A DNA stretch of 64,000 nt from Promethearchaeota archaeon (GTDB lineage Archaea; Asgardarchaeota; Lokiarchaeia; Sigyniarchaeales; SOKP01), in contig JBHLLU010000004.1 of NCBI GenBank assembly GCA_048938895.1, positions 1,721-65,720 on the forward strand, read 5' to 3'. The notes under the pieces are model-generated. The model was not told where the DNA came from, did not search any database, and worked only from the letters and a program-made list of their open reading frames with translations. How positions within the stretch are numbered: the first letter of the stretch is position 1; the number at the start of each line of letters is the position of its first letter. Both the position numbers and the translations under genes were made by a program. Below are positions 36,595 to 44,314 of the stretch, in pieces.

Positions 36595-37481
36595 ATTAAT
36601 GCTGCCATATCTTTGCAATGTTTCGTAATTTGTACCATTACTTTAATTTTCTCGATATCATTAGAATCTAAATTACCCATAAAAGTGTTTGCTTGATCCA
36701 CTAGTAATTCTTTTTTTAACCATGAATTATGGGCTAATTCCAAATCTTTCTTAAGGTAAGCATTCATAACTTCATTAAAATATTGTTCAACCTCTTTGAA
36801 AAACTCCATGACATTTTCAGTGAGTCGTAAATCCCTTAAAATGACTCCAATGTCTTCTATTTTTTCACAAAACATACGTAAATCCATAGCTTCAAGTGGA
36901 GTAAAGTCAGTATCTTCTGTAACATAGATGCCTGTTCTAAGATAAGTTCTAATATGAATTACTAATATAAAATAAAATCTCTTAAGTTGTTGGAAGTTAT
37001 CATTCAACTCTTCAAAGTTTTCCTCCACTAAATTTTCAAACATATCCACTATCAAATATAATTGTCGTTGGATTAACCTTTTCGTTGGAATTGTCTTATA
37101 TCCAAAGTTTTGGATTACCATCCGTTGCCTTTGATCTTCAATGATTTCGGTATTAGGTAAACCTTTCACAAACCATTTAATTTCACTCTTTAAATCCTTA
37201 TCAATCTCCCTGTCTGAAATAACGGTGATATTAGTTTGTCCCGATAAACTGTGTTTTACAATTTCTCTAGGAACATAAGGACTAATTTGAAGTATTAATT
37301 CATCTTTTTGGGATATGTCTTCTTGAATTATTTTGGGTGAAATTAATAATGACCCATCATCTCGTATATCTATTCGAACAGGAGATTTACTTTCTAAATT
37401 GAAATTTTCAATCCAATTCTTAGGGAGACTTACGAAAAACGATCCACTGATCTTTTGAAGCTTTCGAAAAACACTTGACAT
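36591..37481 (-). CDS. AbrB/SpoVT-domain plus PhoU-domain regulator (archaeal phosphate-uptake-regulator-like)
   Basis: N-terminal SGSFFVSLPKNWIENFNL...PVRIDIRDDGSLLISP (AbrB-like swapped hairpin), followed by helical PhoU-like repeats. The stop codon overlaps the stop of 36019..36594. Confidence 0.55.
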   Translation of the reverse strand: MSSVFRKLQKISGSFFVSLPKNWIENFNLESKSPVRIDIRDDGSLLISPKIIQEDISQKDELILQISPYVPREIVKHSLSGQTNITVISDREIDKDLKSEIKWFVKGLPNTEIIEDQRQRMVIQNFGYKTIPTKRLIQRQLYLIVDMFENLVEENFEELNDNFQQLKRFYFILVIHIRTYLRTGIYVTEDTDFTPLEAMDLRMFCEKIEDIGVILRDLRLTENVMEFFKEVEQYFNEVMNAYLKKDLELAHNSWLKKELLVDQANTFMGNLDSNDIEKIKVMVQITKHCKDMAALI

Positions 37482-37637
37482 AAATAAAAAATGGTTGAGG
37501 TTTTATTTATATTTGTTTAATTTGTTTAATGTTTTTCATTCACCTTTAATATATTATACAGAACATTAATTAGTTCTTTAAACAATCTTAAAAATAATAA
37601 AAAAAAAATAAAAAAACAGTATGGAGGTAGATTTAAA

Positions 37638-37868
37638 ATGGCTGTAGGCAAAAAGAAAATAACCTCTGTGTTACTAGATTTTCCTAAATACAAAATATTA
37701 GATGAGATTGAAGAAAGTGTTAAAAAAGAAGTAAGTTTTTTCGGTACATTAGAAACTGATTCAGATCCTGTACAAATGAAAAGAAATGAAAGAAATTGGA
37801 AGCAATCAATTGGTTATTATCTTTTACATCCTGAAAAGTTCAAATTTGGGTTAAAAGATCTTAAATAA
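37638..37868 (+). CDS. Small hypothetical protein
   Basis: 76-aa ORF in an otherwise empty gap. No motif recognised. Confidence 0.3.
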   Translation: MAVGKKKITSVLLDFPKYKILDEIEESVKKEVSFFGTLETDSDPVQMKRNERNWKQSIGYYLLHPEKFKFGLKDLK

Positions 37869-37966
37869 ATATTTATTTTTTTTCTCTTTTTAAATTTAAA
37901 ATCAATCCATCAATTTTAAAAATAATTACCTTTTATTAACCTATAACGGAATCTATATAATATAAT

Positions 37967-39007
37967 GTGAATGATTTAATGCTTTTTCTATCTGTTTTAA
38001 GCGGGATTATTGGTTTAACTACATTAATTGTCCTCATAGCATTTTGTATTTCAGGAATATTATTTTATTATGTCTCAAGGAAGACAAATATAAAGCTTCT
38101 CTCTGTTATGGGAATATTTTTATTCTTCGCAGGAATTTGTTATCTTGGTATTTGTGTAGATTTCTTGACAATTATTCTAACAGGTCATAATACAACTAGG
38201 CTTATATTAGCGTACTTAATTTGGCCATTTGTTCCTATAGTTTATACACTAGGAACTTATGTCACATTTGAAATCTTAATACCTAAAAGAAAAATATACG
38301 GTATGGCAATATATATTATAATAGCCATAGTTTTTGAATTAAGCATTTTTTTAGACCCATTTGGGAACATTACTTTTGTTGTTACTAGTGATGAATTAAT
38401 TGATGATAGTCTTATCTCTGGATCTATAGCAGGAATGATAGGATCCTTTATGACTCTTTTTGGTATGTTTATTGCTATAATGGTGGTATATAAAGGTAAA
38501 AAAGCTTCTGGAGTAATTCGCAGAAAATATTATTTTTTGGCATTAGCATTTTTCATCGTCAATATATCCGCATTTTTAGATTTTATAGGAATAAGGGAGA
38601 TTGTAAGTTTTATAAGATTAGGATCTTTGAGTAGTATTTGGTTTTATTATTTAGGTTTAAGAAAAGAACCAGAAAAACGTGAAAAAAAAGAAAAGAGAGA
38701 GGAAGTAAAGATTGAGGACTCGTTATTTAGACTTACTAGAAGACCAGACCATATAACCGAAGAAGAAGTTACTTATTATAGAGAACAAAAAATTTGTCTA
38801 GTATGCAAAGGAAACGTTGGGGGCTTTAACAATTATATATGCACTGCTTGTGATGCCTTATATTGTGAAAACTGTGCACGTGCCTTATCAAATGCTGAAA
38901 ACGCTTGTTGGGTGTGTAATGAACCAATCGATAAATCTAAACCTTCAAAACCATTTAAAATTGCAGAAAAACCCAAAGAAATTGAAAAAGTTGGGAAAAA
39001 AAAATGA
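37967..39007 (+). CDS. Seven-TM membrane protein fused to a C-terminal C4C4 RING-like (binuclear treble-clef) zinc finger
   Basis: The membrane domain is paralogous to 31178..31888. A K/E-rich linker (EPEKREKKEKREE) follows, then CLVC-x11-CTAC-x4-CENC-x10-CWVC. GTG start at 37967; ATG at 37979. Confidence 0.65.
   Translation: MNDLMLFLSVLSGIIGLTTLIVLIAFCISGILFYYVSRKTNIKLLSVMGIFLFFAGICYLGICVDFLTIILTGHNTTRLILAYLIWPFVPIVYTLGTYVTFEILIPKRKIYGMAIYIIIAIVFELSIFLDPFGNITFVVTSDELIDDSLISGSIAGMIGSFMTLFGMFIAIMVVYKGKKASGVIRRKYYFLALAFFIVNISAFLDFIGIREIVSFIRLGSLSSIWFYYLGLRKEPEKREKKEKREEVKIEDSLFRLTRRPDHITEEEVTYYREQKICLVCKGNVGGFNNYICTACDALYCENCARALSNAENACWVCNEPIDKSKPSKPFKIAEKPKEIEKVGKKK
38795..38917 (+). other. 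Eight-cysteine RING/PHD-like finger coding segment
   Basis: C-x2-C-x11-C-x2-C-x4-C-x2-C-x10-C-x2-C, read directly from the translation (Cys277 to Cys317). Confidence 0.6.
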
Positions 39008-39030
39008 AAAATATGAAGAATTGAGTATTA

Positions 39031-39300
39031 ATGAGAATATCAGTTGAGGATACAAGAACAGGGAAAGTAATAAAGCTTGACGTCAGAGAACATCACCTTA
39101 TTGAACATATTATAGATATAGTTGTTAAGCATATGGGAATTATAACTGCGGAACAACGTTCCTATAATTTAGTACATAAACAACAAGAATTACCAAATTC
39201 AATAACTATTGAAGAAGCGATACACAAATATGGATTGCGAGAAGATGACAAATTATCTATGTGGGCTAGAGTCATAGGAGGTTTAGAATATAATTATTGA
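39031..39300 (+). CDS. Ubiquitin-like beta-grasp protein with internal Gly-Gly and 5-residue C-terminal tail
   Basis: MRISVEDTRTGKVIKLDVREHH...DDKLSMWARVIGG-LEYNY. The layout parallels ubiquitin (MQIFVKTLTGKTITLEV...LHLVLRLRGG). GG is encoded at 39277..39282. The gene starts 23 nt after the finger protein. Confidence 0.6.
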   Translation: MRISVEDTRTGKVIKLDVREHHLIEHIIDIVVKHMGIITAEQRSYNLVHKQQELPNSITIEEAIHKYGLREDDKLSMWARVIGGLEYNY

Positions 39301-39305
39301 ATAAA

Positions 39306-41891
39306 TTATCGCGTACTTTGAATATACTGTCTCCTTTTTTTCTGTTCCTTCTCCCATTTCTTACGTTCTGAACGAAGCTTAAATATGTCAACATCTTTAA
39401 AAATTATATTTTCCTCTTTGGGAGGGATTAACCTTTCGATCCTTTCCTTCTCTGGAGTATATATTAGCGATTCACCAAATTCAGCTACATTCACAAAAAA
39501 GCAATATGCATAAATCGATCGTCTAGCATCAAAATGAGCTGCTTTAAAATCAGCGGTAACAGGAGTAAACGCAGGATTGATAATAAAATCAATTGGGGGT
39601 TCAAAATTTTTCAATTCTACTCGTAAATCCATATCAAGAAAATCCCTACAAATAATTATTGCTATTCGACCGTATTCTGTATTACACACTATAGTTTTTC
39701 TAGGTAATATATTAACCTTAATGGATTCTTCAATTCTTTTACCTTCTATATGGATAAGCGCAGGAATATGTTTTTCTTGTTCCCAAACAATTCCTTCGGG
39801 TCCAACTACCATACTAATATTTTGGTTTGTTTCAAGATTGTGAAATGACCCTGGAATAATATACATATCATATAACTTTGCCTGGTTAGAAATTTCTTCT
39901 AAGAATTGACCAAAATTTAGATCAACTGTCATCTCAGGGAATATAAGGATATTTGCTTCATTTTCATGAGCTACCTTGATCATATTTTTGACTTTTTCAA
40001 GAATGATAGGTACTTTTTCTTCTCTTAATCCTAATAAACCTGAAGCTTTTTCTTCATAAAATTCATTTATCAAATCTCCCGACTCTGATAGTCCGATTTG
40101 GGCAATTGCTACTTTTACGTCTCTCTTTTGGATTTTTGGATATATTTCTAATAAATCATTGTAGATGAGTTTATATTTCTTCTTTTTAGTTCCCTTTTTT
40201 TCATCTTTTTCTTGAGAAATTGATGGAGTTAAAATATCTGAAGAAATAGTTGGTTCGCGTATCGTATCAAGAGCCGAGATTAATATTTTTTCTTCTTTTT
40301 CAACTAAAAGTAAACTATCTAAAACCTCTTTTTCTTTATCGTTATATCCTGCTAATCTGAAAAGTTCAGCTGCAGATTTCATTAATTCTAAGCCCAATTC
40401 TAAAAGTTTTTTCTTCTCATCAAGATTTAATTCTTCATCTGCTCTTATGATAAACCATGTACTATCGAAATATGTAGTAGTAGCTAGTGCCCAATCTGCT
40501 TCACTTTCGAAACCACCTCTTCGATAAGAGTTTGCAGCATTTCTAAGCATTGCTTTAATTTTGGGATATAATTCTGCTTTTTCTTTTGGATCATCTGACT
40601 TATCGAATTCTGAACCTAATCTTAAAGCCTGACAAAATGCAGCATTTCCTAAAGTCAAGGACTTTAGTTTAAGATCTTTAAATTTTTCACCTGCATTATT
40701 AAAGAAATCCACAGCTTCCATGTATTTATCTGGATTTTCACCCTCCTCGGCAAATTCCATGCATTCCCAACCTTTGCAGAGATAAAATAATGCATTTAAT
40801 TCTTTTCTATCCTTCTCATTCATTATATTTGAGCATAGATCCTTAAACTGAGTTGCTGCTTGAGAAAATTTTTCAGCTGCTAAAATACGGTTTCCTTGTT
40901 TCTCTAATAATCTAGCTTCATCTATCTGATCCCAAATTTTTGAATAATCTACTTTTACCTCAATTTGCTCTGGTGGTGATTCTATTTCAACAGGGGTAAT
41001 AGATTCTAAAGGTTTTTTCTCTAAGATGGACATTTGAATAATTTCAGTTAAAATTTGAATTATATTATCTTTTGAATCCTCATTATTTGCTGAAAACCTA
41101 TATGTTCTAGTATCAAACAGTTCCTCTATTTTTTCAGGTTCAAATGCCGATTCTATTAAATCCTGAAAGTTAGCGATAATAAAGAATTCTGCTTTCTCAA
41201 ATCGAGGTTTTAATTGTGAAATTAGTTTATGAGTTCTCCCTAAATTACTTGCTGCTGAGTTAGTTATAACTAAAACAATATCTGTTGATTTTAATAGAGA
41301 TTTATACAGGCTTGAGTTGTTAATTAATTCATTTAAATCAATTTCTCTCATAATGAATTGTTTTATCTCATAAAAATTAGGGAAATCAACAGGCTTCTGT
41401 ATTGTCTCAACTAAATCATCATCTAATTCAATTATTGTCTCTCCTGAAAAGAGATCCATTATGGTAGTTTTCCCAACTCCTTTTTCGCCTACCAACAATA
41501 TTTTGGGGGGAATAAAAATATTTTTCTCAACAAATTCATTAAAATCTTGAAAAATACTAATATTACCTGTCCAATTTTCTAAAAAGGGTTTATACCTTTT
41601 AATAAATTCGTTCTTCATTAATTCTAAATTAGGTCTAGCCTCTTCTTCCATATCATCTTTATCTATTACAACAACAAAAATACAGTCATATTCTAGTGAA
41701 TATGAATAAATAAAATTATAATTTTTAAAAATAAGAGCTTTAATTTCTCCAACTTTAATTTCTTTGGCAAAGCTATCTATTGCTGTGAGAAATCCACTAA
41801 TAATACTCTCGTCAATGTCAATTTGTTTAAAAAATTCCTTGGAATAACATAGAATACCACCTGGACCAATAATAAAAATTTTGTATATCAA
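39306..41891 (-). CDS. Multidomain protein: longin/roadblock-like N-domain, P-loop GTPase-like domain, helical TPR-like repeats, C-terminal carbon-nitrogen hydrolase (nitrilase-superfamily) domain
   Basis: N-terminus MIYKIFIIGPGGILCYSKEF..SGFLTAIDSFAKEI..ENWTG. P-loop LLVGEKGVGKTT, with NKxD degenerated to ANFQD. Helical repeats span about residues 330-540. The CN-hydrolase triad context is VKVAIAQIG, ILIFPE(653), EKH (K707) and AIIICRD (C748; TGT at 39648..39650). Confidence 0.65.
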   Translation of the reverse strand: MIYKIFIIGPGGILCYSKEFFKQIDIDESIISGFLTAIDSFAKEIKVGEIKALIFKNYNFIYSYSLEYDCIFVVVIDKDDMEEEARPNLELMKNEFIKRYKPFLENWTGNISIFQDFNEFVEKNIFIPPKILLVGEKGVGKTTIMDLFSGETIIELDDDLVETIQKPVDFPNFYEIKQFIMREIDLNELINNSSLYKSLLKSTDIVLVITNSAASNLGRTHKLISQLKPRFEKAEFFIIANFQDLIESAFEPEKIEELFDTRTYRFSANNEDSKDNIIQILTEIIQMSILEKKPLESITPVEIESPPEQIEVKVDYSKIWDQIDEARLLEKQGNRILAAEKFSQAATQFKDLCSNIMNEKDRKELNALFYLCKGWECMEFAEEGENPDKYMEAVDFFNNAGEKFKDLKLKSLTLGNAAFCQALRLGSEFDKSDDPKEKAELYPKIKAMLRNAANSYRRGGFESEADWALATTTYFDSTWFIIRADEELNLDEKKKLLELGLELMKSAAELFRLAGYNDKEKEVLDSLLLVEKEEKILISALDTIREPTISSDILTPSISQEKDEKKGTKKKKYKLIYNDLLEIYPKIQKRDVKVAIAQIGLSESGDLINEFYEEKASGLLGLREEKVPIILEKVKNMIKVAHENEANILIFPEMTVDLNFGQFLEEISNQAKLYDMYIIPGSFHNLETNQNISMVVGPEGIVWEQEKHIPALIHIEGKRIEESIKVNILPRKTIVCNTEYGRIAIIICRDFLDMDLRVELKNFEPPIDFIINPAFTPVTADFKAAHFDARRSIYAYCFFVNVAEFGESLIYTPEKERIERLIPPKEENIIFKDVDIFKLRSERKKWEKEQKKRRQYIQSTR

Positions 41892-41966
41892 TAGTGATCT
41901 CCCACCGTACTTATTTGTAATTAATTCAACAACATATATTAAAATTAATTAAAATGGTGAAGTTAT

Positions 41967-42536
41967 CTATTTAGAACCAGTTAATTCTTCATAAAGCGCT
42001 TTTGATTTATAATATAACTCATTAATTATGGCTAGAAAGCCATCATAAACTCTTTCTCCTGTTTTTGCTGAAGTTAAATAATACCCAATGAAGTTTTTTT
42101 TCTCTACTAATTTTTCAATTTTCTTGGTTTCTATTTGTTTTTTATCTACAAGATCGATTTTATTAGCAAATAATATAACAGGAATATCACCACAAAAATG
42201 CTTTAAGTCACTATACCAATGTGTAATGTTCTTGAAACTTTCTTTACCAAGAGAATTGTCTTCAAGAGAATATACAATTATTGCTGCACTACTATTTTTA
42301 TAAAAAGAAGGACGTAGAAAGTGAAACTCGTCTTGACCAGCAATATCCCAGAATACTAATTCACATTGATCATTTTCAATATCTTGTTTGTAATTTGAAA
42401 ATTGCGCTCCTATTGTTTTAATGTAATCCTTTTCAAAACTACCTTTTGTAAACTTCTTAATTAAACTAGTTTTCCCGACCATCCCATCTCCAATAACAGT
42501 AATCTTGTATTTATATTTGTCTTGACGCTTACTCAC
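41967..42536 (-). CDS. Rab/Ras-like small GTPase
   Basis: G1 VIGDGMVGKTS, YIKTIGAQF, G3 FWDIAGQDEF, G4 ANKIDL, G5 TSAKTGERV. No C-terminal Cys. It lies 75 nt upstream of 39306..41891 on the same strand. Confidence 0.8.
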   Translation of the reverse strand: MSKRQDKYKYKITVIGDGMVGKTSLIKKFTKGSFEKDYIKTIGAQFSNYKQDIENDQCELVFWDIAGQDEFHFLRPSFYKNSSAAIIVYSLEDNSLGKESFKNITHWYSDLKHFCGDIPVILFANKIDLVDKKQIETKKIEKLVEKKNFIGYYLTSAKTGERVYDGFLAIINELYYKSKALYEELTGSK

Positions 42537-42637
42537 AGATTAATCCAACAAAAGATGAAATTCTTATAAATATTGATATTCTTTATACAATATAACAATC
42601 TGATTACTATGAAGGATTCTTTAAAAATACATATAGT

Positions 42638-43426
42638 ATGATTATAATGGTTGCAAAAATCGAGCAAAAAATGGAAGTATTATTTGGTTTGTTTGGAGTT
42701 TTGTTTGCATCAATTCTTCTAATAATAGCTATTTTTTTTACTCCCGGATATAGCCCTTTGCTTAAACCTGTAAGTTCATTGGGGAGAGGTGAAGCAAAAT
42801 CATTATTCAGTATAAGTTTTGTAGTCGCAGGTTCCTTAAGTATTCCATTTTTCATTTCTGTTGAAAGGGAATTAGTAAATATAAAAGAAAGTGTTCGGAG
42901 ACTAGCAACTGGAGTTTCAATATTTTCTTCAGTATGTATCGCTCTAGTAGGAATAATTCCAGATGAAACTTACATCGAATTATTTTTGATGTTTCATGGT
43001 TTTGTGGCATGGGTTAGTTTTATTGGTACTTGCTTTTATATAGATCTCTATAGTGTTTTGATGTATCAAGGCCCTAAATCAAAATTATATAATGGCCCAG
43101 ATTTTAAAAGATTTTTGTCATATTTTGGTTTTAGTATTACTTTTGTATTAATAGCTTTTTTGATCACACGTGAACCCTTGATCGAGTGGATTTTGACGAC
43201 TTCTATTATAGTTTGGATTCTAATTACTGCTATTCAGATGATATCATTCAAATTCTTTAACATTCCTGGTGTTTACTATAAACGAGCACAATTTCCAGAA
43301 GCACTCAAAATGTTTGAAAATGCAATGCAGATTTTAGATCGTCTTGATTTGAATCAAGAACCCATAACTGAGACTATTCAGGAAAATATAGAATTTCTGA
43401 AAAAGCAATTAGAGAGAGAAAAATAA
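42638..43426 (+). CDS. DUF998-like multi-TM membrane protein with helical cytoplasmic tail
   Basis: 6-7 hydrophobic segments with a VSSLGRGEAKSLFSISFVVAGSL motif like its neighbour. An alternative start lies at 42671. Confidence 0.4.
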   Translation: MIIMVAKIEQKMEVLFGLFGVLFASILLIIAIFFTPGYSPLLKPVSSLGRGEAKSLFSISFVVAGSLSIPFFISVERELVNIKESVRRLATGVSIFSSVCIALVGIIPDETYIELFLMFHGFVAWVSFIGTCFYIDLYSVLMYQGPKSKLYNGPDFKRFLSYFGFSITFVLIAFLITREPLIEWILTTSIIVWILITAIQMISFKFFNIPGVYYKRAQFPEALKMFENAMQILDRLDLNQEPITETIQENIEFLKKQLEREK

Positions 43427-43622
43427 ATTAATACTAAATCAAGTTAGATTACCGAATGCTTCTATGATAACTGGAACTATGATGCTCATTTGAATATCAC
43501 AATTTCTAAATTGGGAAGAAAATAGCTTAAAACAGTCAAAGAAGGATTTTCCTCAAAGAAGGACAATGTGGAAAAAAACTATAAATATTTATGTCAATAA
43601 GTATAGATGAAATTGTGATTAT

Positions 43623-44225
43623 ATGAAGCTTGATATAAAGTTAAAATGGCCAATAAGTTGTTATACGGGAATACTTGTAATATTATTGTATTGTATTTTT
43701 ACATTTACCTCCCTTGTATTATTTCCCCCTCCATTTAGTGCTTTTGATAATTGGCTGAGCGATTTAGGTAATTCGAGTTATAATCCAAATGGAGCAGTTT
43801 TATATAACCTTGGTTGCATCTTTACAGGCATAATGCTATTCCCCTTTTTTCTGGGATTAAATAAGTGGTACAAGGAAGATTTATGGCATAAAATTCTCTT
43901 GATAGTTATTCAAGGTATAGGATGCTTTTCAGGATTTGCCCTGATTATGATTGGCGTTTTCTCAGAAGATTTTGGGACCCCACATGTATTCTGGTCTGAT
44001 GTTTTTTTCGAGTTAAATCTTTTGGTTTTAATTCTTGCGTCAATAGCATTATATTTCCACCCCGAATTTATTAAATGGATTTCTATTTATGGAATTGTTG
44101 TTGCTGTAATCAATTTACTTTTCGTTTTCTTCTTAGGCACACCAATTTTAGAGTGGTTTACTGTTTTTACTGCTCTTGGTTATGTTGGGTTAATAGTTTT
44201 TAATATGCATCAGAAATTTCGATGA
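43623..44225 (+). CDS. DUF998-like multi-TM membrane protein
   Basis: WLSDLGNSSYNPNGAVLYNLGCIFTGIML is the pattern I associate with DUF998. Six hydrophobic segments. Confidence 0.45.
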   Translation: MKLDIKLKWPISCYTGILVILLYCIFTFTSLVLFPPPFSAFDNWLSDLGNSSYNPNGAVLYNLGCIFTGIMLFPFFLGLNKWYKEDLWHKILLIVIQGIGCFSGFALIMIGVFSEDFGTPHVFWSDVFFELNLLVLILASIALYFHPEFIKWISIYGIVVAVINLLFVFFLGTPILEWFTVFTALGYVGLIVFNMHQKFR

Positions 44226-44314
44226 TCTCAATCTTTAAATTCCTGTTTTTTTATTTCTCTGATTATTCCAGTACTTTCCCATTTGGTGTTCTGATTTGAA
44301 ATTATCATAGTTCT

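Noticed and set aside
39306-41891. Interpreting the 861-aa protein as a STAND-like antiviral NTPase (NTPase + TPR sensor + effector)
   Set aside because: I did not adopt this as the primary call. The NTPase region is small-GTPase-sized with only a Walker A and no NACHT/AAA-type motifs. The N-domain is the same longin-like module found in non-defence contexts here, and the neighbours are a Rab-like GTPase and a Ubl rather than defence genes. It cannot be excluded without profile searches.
37967-42536. Looking for E1 (ThiF/UBA-like), E2 (UBC) or JAMM/MPN deubiquitinase genes to complete a ubiquitin-like operon
   Set aside because: No ORF in or near the locus, or anywhere in the window, shows a GxGxxG ThiF-type Rossmann plus catalytic Cys, an HPN-type UBC motif or an HxH...D JAMM motif. 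The Ubl/RING-like pair is therefore reported as incomplete rather than as a full system.
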